Below, piece after piece: positions 51,656-64,000 of a stretch of DNA of 64,000 nucleotides; the stretch's first letter is position 1; each line of letters starts with the position of its first letter. The stretch lies in assembly GCF_009914755.1 (NCBI RefSeq), contig NC_060942.1; one strand, 5' to 3'. Source of the stretch: the human T2T-CHM13v2.0 reference genome, Homo sapiens. Made by a program: the position numbers and the translations under genes. The notes under the pieces were generated by a model, which saw only the letters and a list, made by a program, of their open reading frames with translations, made no database searches and was not told the origin of the DNA.

Positions 51656-52847
51656 CACCGACTCTCAGCCTTTGCCATACGAATCTAGTTATCTAGGTTT
51701 CATCCCAAACCAATTAGATAAGGGACTGACACCCAAGATTTAGTAGTCACATAGCTTCCCAGGTTATTCAGATAAACAGCCAAAGTAGGAAACCTCTGAA
51801 CTATACCAGTGTACAGTACAAAGAAGAGGGCAGTAATAACCAAGATCATCATCACTGGAACATGGCATCATATGATTTGGGGTTGAAAAAGTTATGCTGA
51901 AATCTCCTTAGGAGCAAAACCCATGTTTCTTTTGCACGTCCCATTATTACCTGCAAGCTTTAGGCATTCAGTAACATTTTTGATAACAAATGCAAATTCG
52001 AAATCCTTACAAATCCTAGTCTTAGATTCTTTGTTTACTAAAACTACCTTTGGAGATGTCACCTCCATGACCATCCATCAGCCCAGCCTACGGCAAAGCC
52101 ATCATCTTAAAACTTGCCCAAAGGTCAGCTTAGAGAAACAGGAAATGTGAGAAAGGTGGCTTTAATCAAAATGGAGAGAAATTGCAGTTTTCCACCAGGG
52201 AGGTAACTGACTGTTTTTGTCCGGCCAAGAGCCAGTCACAGTGCAGGAGCTTGGATGAAAGCCAGAGACAAACACTGCTTGGGGCTACTTTTTCAGAGAT
52301 GGGTTAAAAGCAATGCCCCTGCCGCTCTGGCTGGCCTTTGACTCAGGATACACACCTTTTCCTGGAGAATTTTACCACACAGCCCTTTAGATTGTAGGCT
52401 TGTAAAGCATCTGCATTAGTAGAAACAGTTTTCAAGACAATTCTTCTCTGACTCTGGGATTACTAAAGCCAGACCTGAGCCATGCTTATCACAGGCCTCC
52501 ACCTCCGAAAATCCTGTTTGATTTATTACCACTGCAGGCTGAAAAGACAAGGCACAGTGCCTGAACTAATCAAGCCAGTATGTGACTTTCATATCATGCA
52601 GAATTAATCAGAAATTCCATACATTGACAGCTCGTGCCACTCGCCTCAAAGTAAGATTTGAGGACAAAGTAGATGTGGAATCCATTTACCCTTTCAAAGT
52701 AATTTAAGACTTTGGAAATCTAAGAAAGATAATCAATTTTGAACTATACTTGATTATGTATGAGGTATATGTCCCCCATAACGATGGATTAACTTTCTAT
52801 GTTAATTTTAGGGTGGTTTCCAGGCACTTTCAAGATGTAAAACTTGA

Positions 52848-52975
52848 GCTGAGAGCGGTGGCTCATGCCTGCAACCCCAGCTACTTGGGAGGCATAGGCA
52901 GAAGGGAAACTTGAGGCAAGGAAATTGAGACCAGCTTGGGAAACATCAGGAGACCCACTGCTATTGAAAAAAATA
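52848..52975 (+). mobile_element. FLAM_A-like Alu monomer
   Basis: gcggtggctcatgcctgcaaccccagctacttgggagg...gagaccagcttggg...gagaccc plus A run. Confidence 0.8.
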
Positions 52976-53111
52976 TTTAATAAATTAAGATGTTTTCCAC
53001 AGAATCTAGTTTAAAAAAGAAAAAAAATGAGATGTAAAATGTAGAGTAGCCAACTCTTATTCCCAGAAGTCTGCAATCTTCAGACACATACATCTAACAT
53101 ATCCTCCTTAG

Positions 53112-53444
<333 letters not shown>

Positions 53445-53974
53445 TAAAAAGTATCTGTATCTCTACTTAGGATAAGAGGAAGTGCTCAGAATTTATTATG
53501 TACATCTGTAAACTACCCAGTTTTTTTTTAATAACTATAATTATTGGAGGCTGAGAAAGTTTACATAACTATATTTTACTTCGTGTATAGTGGAGAGAGA
53601 ATATCTGCTACTCCAGGTATTGGATTTCAGTGTTATATTAGGACTGCTAACTGTTCATAGTTACAAATCATCTAATAAAACTTTCATGTTTTTAGCAGTT
53701 AGAAATTAACTTTTTCTCCTGTAAAATGAAGTTAAAGGAAAATAGAAAGTAACCTGAAGATGTGAATATGTATTTAGCCTCAAAGTATCTGTTTACTTCA
53801 AAAGCATAAATGATTCAATCATATTAAAAATGATGCCACCATTATATAGTACATGTTTACTTGAATGCTAAAATAAAATTTTAAAACGTTTTATTTTTCC
53901 ATCTCTAATTACTTGGACTATCATGTGAGGAGGGGTACTAAATATTTATGTTTTCCAAATTGAAAGCCAGGTGT

Positions 53975-54163
53975 ATTTATTTATCATTATTATTTTGTTT
54001 TTTAGAGACGGAGTCTTGCTAATATTGCCCAGGCTGGAGCACAGTGACTGTTCACAGGTACAATCAGGCCACACTACAACCTTGAACTCCTAGGCTTAAG
54101 CAGTTGTCCTGCCTCAGCCTCCCCAGGTAGCTAGGACTACATTTGCACACCACTGTGGCCAGC
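53975..54163 (-). mobile_element. FAM fossil Alu monomer
   Basis: agtgactgttcacagg is the reverse complement of the FAM-diagnostic cctgtgaa.ag.cact. Confidence 0.8.
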
Positions 54164-55192
54164 AGAAAGCAAGTTGTTGTAAAGGTACATGTTAAATAAT
54201 ACTTCCTTCCTCACTGGTTTGTAATATGTGTATTATATATAAAGTCTCAGATGTAAAGTTCTTTCTATGATTTATCCGGCTCCATTTAACTGTACTCATT
54301 TTAGCCAACAAAGACTTAATTTTAAAAAGTGATCTTAGTGTTTTGTTCTTGTCTGGTCAGACTGGTCACATCTCATTATCCTTGTTTGGAATTTTCTTCC
54401 AAATCTCATTGGCTTATGGTTCCAAGTGAGTTTTAAATGTGTTTTAAACTCAGTGATTTTTTTTAAACTCCTCTTGTTTTGATGAGGTAAAGAGGTCTTA
54501 AACTATTCCAGCTGAATTTATATCTAACTTCATTTTTGATGAAACCATTTTTATAAACTCCTAGTGGTCCACATCACTGAAGAAAAGGGACCTCAATTCT
54601 TCCAACACAAGCCAGACAAGCAGGTAGGGAATTCACGGCAGAAAGCTGGACAAGAGAGGGCGGTATTCCCAGTCCCATTCAACACTTCCACAGCTTTTGA
54701 TCTTCACCATTGTAAGCCAAGTCAAAAGAGGGAGGGGAATAGGAAAGGAAAGAGTTGGGAAGGGAAGAGGAGGGAGAGAGGGGAGAAGGAACATGCACAT
54801 GCAGAAAAAGAGACACAGTTTTCCCCACGTGAGAGCCTTGACTCCAGGCCCCTTAGAGCACCCTCCTAGGTAGCCTAGAAGTTTCTCCCTTCACCTCTGA
54901 CCTCAGTGCTTCTTCATTCTCGCTGTCTTCCAGTGGGGGGAGAGATTACCCTGGCTAAACAAGACAACCCTGCTGTTTCTAGGACTTTCTAGGAGCATTT
55001 ACCTGGTTGGAGGAGAAGAATTTGGTTGGAGGAGGTAGAAAAGGGGAAATTTGCAGGGCTAGAATGTGGCCACTGCCCTGAAGCCCTCAAGAGAGAAAGC
55101 TGAGACCCTCATTATCTTAGAATGAGTTATTTTTGACCTACATGAGATTGTTTATCCTAATACTATATGTAGCAGGATCCCAGGACAGGTGC

Positions 55193-55552
55193 TAATATGG
55201 TTTGGTTGTGTCCCCACCCAAATTCCATCTTGAATCATAGCTCCCACAATTCCCATGTGTTGTGAAAGGGACCTGATGGGAGGTAATTGAATCACGGGGG
55301 CAAGTCTTTCCCATGCCATTCTCATAATAGTGAATAAGTCTCACAAGATCTGATGGTTTTATAAAGGGGAGTTCCCCTGCACAAGCTCTCCTGCCTGATG
55401 CCATATAAGACATCCCTTTGCTCTTCCTTCTTCTTCTGTCATGATTGTGAGGCCTCTCCAGCCATGTGGAACTGTGAGTCCATTAAACCTCTTCTGTAAA
55501 TTGCCCAGTCTCAGGTATGTCTTTATCAGCAATGTGAAAATGGACTAATACA
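55193..55552 (+). mobile_element. THE1B/C-like MaLR solo LTR
   Basis: atatggtttggttgtgtccccacccaaat...tggactaataca; 5-bp TSD ggtgc at 55188-55192 and 55553-55557. Confidence 0.93.
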
Positions 55553-56189
55553 GGTGCCAAATGGGAAGAGTTTCCAATAATAACATCCCTGCACTGGCCA
55601 GGGCTGTCCAGGCAATCGGACTTCAATTTGCCATAAAGGAAACCACAAAGGGTAAGGCAGGGAAGACCATAGGAGGAGTGACAGAACACACAGAGTTCAA
55701 CTTGGCATGTGAATGGCATCTGAAGTTGTGGCAAAAATGTAACCTGTCTAGAAGGCTCTGAAAGACCACACCTCTCTTAGAAGGGATTCCCAGGACTCCA
55801 GCAAAACAGAGCATGTGACTGGGGCCCCAGGGCTTCCAGGAAATGATGTATCACTCACTGGGGCACCCAGCTCTGAAAGAAACAGCTAAAAGCAAACTCC
55901 CCACACACTCACACCAAGGAGGTGAAAGAGTTCCTGCAGCTGTGTTTCATCAGCAGATGGGCAGGTGGACAGTTCATCAGGCAAGATGAATCAGTCCCTC
56001 ATTCCCCTTGGACTTGGGCTTGAACTAATCACACTCATCTTTCTAGGTGTCCCCACTGCCTGACCACCTGCTCTGGGGCCATTGGAGTCATTGGTTTTAT
56101 CCTCACATCCACCCAGTGGAGCTGCTCATAGATGAGATTCCTGAGCCATTCCTTGTACACAGAGGCAGCAGACATGTGGATAAATAACC

Positions 56190-56410
56190 CCCACTAATAA
56201 TTGCTACAACTTGCCATGCATCTATTCATACCTGGCATTACATGGGCTATAACTGAATCCCAGAACAATCCTTCAAGTAACACAGGATTGTCTTCATTTT
56301 ACAGGCGAGCACAAAGGCTCAGAGATGTCACTAACCTACCAGAGTCACACCATCAGTAGTAAGCAAACTCATATCTCTCCGACTCTGAAGCCTAACCACC
56401 CTCTGTCACT
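56190..56410 (-). mobile_element. MIR
   Basis: aatcccagaacaatcct...cattttacagg...ggctcagaga...gtcacac...gactctgaagcc. Confidence 0.7.
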
Positions 56411-56994
56411 TACATGGCCAGAGCCCTCGATGAAAGTAAGGGAAGGCCTATTTTCTTTAGTCTTTTCTTTCAGTCTATTTTCTTTTAGTCTTTGCCTTAA
56501 TGTCAGAAATCAAACATCACGAACATCAGCAGCTTAACTCCACTCGGGAGCCTGCTGCACAAGTGACAACAGTAGGCAACATACAGATGTCATCCTTGGT
56601 GACAGAGGCCAGCCATGGACTTACCCTCACAGCCCATCTAAACGACACCCCAGCACTATTTCACACCCTCAAAACTACTATGCAAAGAAGTCTGCTTAAT
56701 GTGTCCTCTCAGACTCCTGGCTCTCACTATCCTGGCATTGAATAATTCAAAGTCCACCTTCTCTCAGCACCTTTTCTGCATCTGCTCACCCAAGTGATTT
56801 TCTCTTCCATGGCCACCTCCAAGGGTGATCCTGCCTGTTACAAGGGTGTTCAAGAGGACCTTCACTTGCAGGGCCAACATGAGGCTGCCCATGAATACTG
56901 TACAGATGGAACAATGAGCACCACCCTTTAGAATGATCTGTCCAAATGAGCAGCCTGCCCTTGAGGGTAGAAGTCACCTGCAGTTACATCCTTA

Positions 56995-57521
<527 letters not shown>

Positions 57522-57880
57522 GATGCCAGGGTCTGGGGGAGGGAGAGAGGGAGGGATAGGGGGAGCACAGAAAATTTTTCGGACAGAGGAAACACTCTGG
57601 ATGATACTATGATGGAAAATACATGTCATGATACATTTATCTAAACCCACAGAACATACAGTGACAAGAGTGAAAACTAACATGAACTATGTAGACTTTG
57701 GGTAATAATGATGTGTCATTTTAGGTTCACTGATTGTAATAAATGCACCACTCTGGAAAGGGGGCACAGAATGTTGGTAGTGAGGAGGAAATACCTATCC
57801 ATGTGGAGTCGAGAGTATATGGGAAATCACTATTTCTTCCAGTTTTGCTGTAAATCTAAAACTGCTCTAAAAAAAATCCT
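57522..57880 (+). mobile_element. L1MC-like 3' end
   Basis: gatactatgatgga...atacatgtcat...aaacccacagaa...gactttgggtaataatgatgtgtca...taaaactgctctaaaaaa. Confidence 0.85.
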
Positions 57881-59473
57881 TTTTTAAAAAATGTAGGAAT
57901 TAAGGATGAGACAAGCTCCCTGATTTCACTGGTTACTTCTTCTGCTGTCAGTTAACCGCTGCCATTCTGTGTCTATCTTGGGTCCTTCAGAAACATTTTC
58001 TCCTCCCTTAATCAGTCAGGTCTGCTCTATCCTGGTCTCCCATTGTACAAAAGGGAACTGAGGCATGGTGTGTGGTCAGGGCACTTATCCAAGACACCAA
58101 ATTGTCAGATGGCAGAGCAAACATTCAAACCAGCTTCTTTTCGAACCCACCCACTGTGCTGTTTGCACTTGGTCACCTGCCTCTTACTGAGCAAAGTCTG
58201 GACAAGGATAGGATGCCTTCCTGGGTTCTCTGAAGGAACATGTTCACATAATGCATAAGCCCAGGTAATAATCAATGGCCGTGAGTTTCTTTCAAACTCT
58301 CACAAGTCTTATCCTGTACGTGCTAGGAGACCCTTGCTACAGATCAGTACAAAAGCAAGGGGTTGGAGGGCCGGGGGCTGAGGGGAGAACATTTTGTTTA
58401 TAAATTGTTTACCATTAGGCGCATCTACCAGCAACAGACAGGGGAAGAGTCTGCACTATTGAAAACACGGCTGCTTTGTTTTCAAGGACACACATGAATT
58501 CAAAGGAATGCCTGGTTTTGCAATAAAAAAACACAAGCTGAAAATAGAAAAAGAAAGTCACGAGCAGCTCCTCACTTTGGGAGAGATGGGCCAAGGCTGT
58601 CAAAATGAATTGTGTGGTTTTTATTAATCATGTTCCCCGGTGCAAACACCCAAACCACAGGACCACTAGGAGTAACCTGTTCCAAACAATGTGGGAGTGA
58701 CTGAACTTAGTAGCGGAATTACCTTTCTGTATGAAAAGGAGGGTGGTCTGCCTGGGCCATGGCTGAGGTCACCAGAAATGCAATTTAAGAAGACATCTAG
58801 CTGCCTGCCCAATTTGCAGAGCTTCTGGTATGGAAGTGCTTTTCAACTCTAGCTGCCTCGTTCTTTGCTGCAAGGCCACAAGTCTGGAAGAAAACACTAT
58901 TGATGTTTCATTCTTATTGGCTAGACCTTCACAATTTAGCCTCAAATTCTCTTTGGCCTGTGACATAACCATTCCAAGGTTCTGACAGTATGCTTGGGAC
59001 TCTGCTGCAAATGCAAGGGCATACTAAAGTTGCAATTGAGGGGACAGCTGGGGGGCAGGGAAGAGAGAATGTGAGCATCAGTACTGATACATGCAATAGA
59101 TTTATGTTTTTTAAAGTTTTAAAAATATATTTGTGATTGTTGGAACTACCAAGATCTGGTGAACATAACTTTGCAGCCTCAATATACTCCAGGGACTAAG
59201 ACAACAAAATAGAGTTAGGCTTCCTGCCACTGAGGCTGAAGGCCCAATGGAGTTTTTAAATATTGCTATGACGGTGGTGGCCACAAAACAGGATGACTAG
59301 GTCCAAAGGGAGTCTCAGCTTCCTCCAAGTACAAGTGCGGTTGTTTCAAGGGTGAGAAACTTCACATACCAAAAACAAAAACAAAAGAGAGCCTTGGATG
59401 AGCTCAGAGACACTCTTGTCACCAGCCACTTTGGTGACATTGGCTAGGTAAGGTGATTCTACCTCCCCAGCTT

Positions 59474-60240
<767 letters not shown>

Positions 60241-60418
60241 TTAAAATATAATCAAGGAGACTGAATTAGTTCTGAAAAGGGGAACCACCTTCTCCCTGTC
60301 TGAATCAACATTCTTGAATGCAGAACCAGCTGCTGGGACAGAGATGAGAATCTCCCAGCCACCCGCCAATTCTTACATTCTGTAGTTCTAAAATCAATCA
60401 TTATCACACCTAGGTAAC

Positions 60419-60724
60419 TGCTATGGTCTGAATGTCCCCCAAAATTCATGTGTTGAAACTTGATTCCCATTGTGTTGGTACTGAGGGGTGGGGTCTTTGG
60501 GGTGGTGATTAAGTCATCATGAATGATTAGTAACTTGTAAAAGAGCCCATGTGAGGACACCTACCCAGCCTATGAGGAACAGGCTCTCAGACACCGCACC
60601 TGCCCACACCTTTATCTTGGGATTCCCGGGCTCCACAGTTGCAAGAAAATAAATCTCTTTTACTATATTTTTAAATTACCCAGTCTCAAGTATTTTGTTA
60701 TAGCAGAATGAATAGACTAAGACA
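60419..60724 (+). mobile_element. MSTD/MLT1A-like MaLR solo LTR
   Basis: tgctatggtctgaatgtcccccaaaattcatgtgttgaaact...gactaagaca; 5-bp TSD gtaac at 60414-60418 and 60725-60729. Confidence 0.85.
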
Positions 60725-61184
60725 GTAACATAAGAAAATCCTGGGGGCTAAAAATGCTACATAGACATGCATCAAAGCGCAGAAGTGGATAGTCCAAGAT
60801 CTATGATGGACAAATAAACAGAGGGCACTCAATTTGACCAATCTTAGTATCTATTTTGCTTTAAGCAAAATGTTCCTGAAAAGAAGGAATTGGTTTTGTA
60901 AATAAAGTTCCACCTTAAAGTACTCGTTTATTTATGGAACCCCACAGTAAATCCTTTGGTAAAGTAAACCACCTCGCAATGCATCTGTTTTGAAAGTCCA
61001 AGCTTTCCTTAAGGTGAAATGTCCCTTTACGTGCATTTTTCAGTATCCAGATAAATGTGGAAAAGGCAGCTGACATGGGGGTATTTTCAGGGGCAGGAGG
61101 GTGAGGAGATTATAAACATGACAGGAGCAATGAACACTTATCAGGCTTATGTAGCCCTGGCACTGATTCCACACTTCAATATGG

Positions 61185-61420
61185 AAAATACTCAAATACC
61201 ACTTACTCTGTGCCAGGCACTGCTCTAAGAATTTCCCAAGTGTTAGCTCATTTACCTCATTTAATCTTAACAATGAGTATTAGCATCATCCTTATTTTAC
61301 AGAGGAAGCAATTGAGGCCCAGAGAGGCTTATCACCTGGCCCAAGGCCATAAAGCTAGCAAGTGGTAAGGCCAAGACTGGCCTTGTGGCCCTCTGACTCC
61401 AGAATCCATTCTCATCTACT
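61185..61420 (-). mobile_element. MIR
   Basis: cacttactctgtgccaggcactgctctaag...tttaatctt...attttacagaggaag...gaggcccagagagg. Confidence 0.85.
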
Positions 61421-62101
61421 ATGCTATGCCACCTCTATGGGAATTTACTTATCACATCCTCAAAGAGCCCTGTGAGATAAGAACAGTGTTCCCATTCTGC
61501 AGACAGGAAAATCAAGGCCTGGAGGGGTTAAGGGTTGAGCCCTTGATTCCACAGCAGAGCTTGGGTTTGGACTATCCTGGTCCTGAACTTGTGCTCTTAG
61601 TCACCATGTCTTCAGCCTCTCCACAAGCTTCCCAACTGTGCCCATGGTCTTGGGATTGTGTGTCCATCCTGTTGTAGAGATCAACTAGTTCATGTTGATT
61701 TAGTTGATGATCCTGTTCTAGAGCTCAGTTTCCTTATCACTACTCTTTTGAATACTCTTCATTTCATAAAAATATAAAACAATCCATCATTCATCAGTTC
61801 AGCAATTCATGGGGTATACTGTGAAGATACTGCAAATTCCAGTCACTCCCTCTCATGTTAATCCTGCTTAGTTTCCTAGTGATATATACACCATATTGTC
61901 CGTATTCTGAGTAATTATACAGAATATAATCTCATTTGAAATGTCAAAAATTAGAAGACAAAATTTGTGTAATGTAGTCTAAATTTTTACAAAAGGAGAA
62001 AGAAATATGAATTACTAAAACGATTTTAACTGAGTTATTTTGCCAAAGCAGTATACTTCCTTAGTTTATACCACCTTTTACACCTCATTCTTTTCTTTCA
62101 G

Positions 62102-62563
62102 TATCAGAGTGGATAATACTGTGTCCCCCAAAAAGACATATCCAAGTCCTACTTCCTGGTACCGGAGAAATAGGTGTTATTTCTTATTTGGAAATATGGT
62201 CTCTGCAGATGCCGTCAAGTTAAGATGAGGTCACACTGGCTTAGAGCGGGACCTAATCCAATGAATAGTGTCATAAGGAGGAAATCTGGACACTCATAGA
62301 AACCCAGAAAGAATTCCATGTGACAGAAGAGGCAGAGACTGGAGTGAGCAGCTGTAAGTCAAGGAACGCCAAAGCTTGTCAGCAACCCCCAGACGCTGGA
62401 AGCAGCAAGGATATGCTCCCCTAGTGCCTTCAGAGGAAACTTGGCCCCACAGACACCTTGATTCTGTCTTCTAACCTTCAGAACTATGAGGATACATTTC
62501 TGTTTTTTTAAGACACAATTTGTTGCCTTAAGTTTGTTACAGCAAACCTAGGAAGCTTATACA
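62102..62563 (+). mobile_element. MLT1C-like MaLR solo LTR
   Basis: tgtcccccaaaaagacat...ttatttggaaata...aagttaagatgaggtca...gaggcagagactggagtga...ccttcagagg...tttgttacagca...ggaagcttataca. Confidence 0.85.
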
Positions 62564-62585
62564 GGCATATTGAAAACCATACTCA

Positions 62586-62913
<328 letters not shown>

Positions 62914-63379
62914 TCAGACTTCCATCTTTTTGGATATTCTTTATTTTTAATTAGTAAATATTACACAAGGATCCACTAAGTGGAAGCTACTATTTTTCAT
63001 TAAAAATAATAAGGAGAATATGCTTTTTCTTATATTGGATTCTCTTGGGACAAAATGGTATTTTTTCCTAACTTTTCTCTTCCAGTCTTACTGCCCCTAC
63101 TCCAAGAGACATGAGGTGATGGAAAAAATCTATCTTAATGCTCTTCCAGCCTAAAGATGGCAGCTTTTTACCTGATCATGTCAATAGTCCAATTCATGCT
63201 CCAGACCAACAGGGCTGCCATGGACATTCCCTGTAACCACCGCGATGTCCATGGCTTCGTGGGATGGATGGGAGTCATAAGATATGACGGGATAGAACAC
63301 GTTCCAAAACCTGGGATCAGGCCTTCTAATCTAACCTGAGACAATCAAGTAGCCTTGGGAAAGGGCTTCTTCATTCAAG

Positions 63380-64000
63380 TCAGCTCCTCACCCGAGGACC
63401 CAGACCTGTATGTCCAAGTGCCAGTCCTTCCTCTCAAGTGGAACAAAATCCATGCTGAACTACTGAGCTCCCCAAATCTGCTTTCTAGGCCACCAACCTG
63501 CCTAGCTATAACCAAAAACTCAGAGCCATCCTTGACTTCTGTCCTCACCCCAAATTAGCAAGTCCTATTAGTACCACTTTTAAAACACTCAAAATCCAAC
63601 CATTTGTCACCTCTCCTCTGCTACCTCTGAGTTCAGCCAGCACCCTCTCATCATTATCACTGCCACAGCCTCCTAAGGGATCCCATTTATACCCTTTTCC
63701 CCTAGGATGTATGCACAGCCAGCAGCCAGGGTAGTCTGGGACATACATGAGATCCTGTCACTCCTCTGTTCAAACTCTCCAAGGGCTCCCATGCCTCTTG
63801 GAGTAAGAGGTGCCTGCAATGGCTCATAAAGCCCACTGACCTCATCTACTCATGATACTCAGTGAGTCTCAGGTTTCTTCCCTGCTACTAACTAAAGGCC
63901 ATTGCACTGCTAATTTCTTCTTCCCAGAATCATCTTCCCCCAGGTATCATGTAACTGACTCCCTCATCTCTTTCTGGTCTTTGCTCAAAGGTCATCTTCA
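63380..64000 (+). mobile_element. L2 (continues past the window end)
   Basis: aaccaaaaactcagagccatccttgacttct...gatcctgtcactcctctgttcaaact...ggccattgcactgct...cttcccagaat. Confidence 0.75.

Overview
Primate (most likely human) non-coding genomic DNA, with no prokaryotic features, no CpG island and no protein-coding exon I can support. The ORFs with recognisable homology are L1 ORF2 or Alu remnants; the rest are (TA)n translations or chance ORFs. Roughly half of the window is recognisable interspersed repeat: Alu/FLAM/FAM, L1PA and old L1M, L2, MIR, MaLR/ERV solo LTRs and hAT/Tigger DNA transposon remnants, with several nested insertions that keep their target-site duplications (TSDs). Most L1s and LTRs lie on the + strand, which suggests, by inference only, a large intron of a minus-strand gene that I cannot name. 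The most unusual structure is a ~310-bp inverted duplication (32139-32452 vs 33557-33867, ~89% identical by eye) that two independent TE copies do not explain. Its inner junction carries a perfect fold-back hairpin and an extended CRE palindrome. Repeat subfamily names come from remembered consensus sequences and need RepeatMasker/Dfam confirmation. Boundaries of old repeats are approximate.
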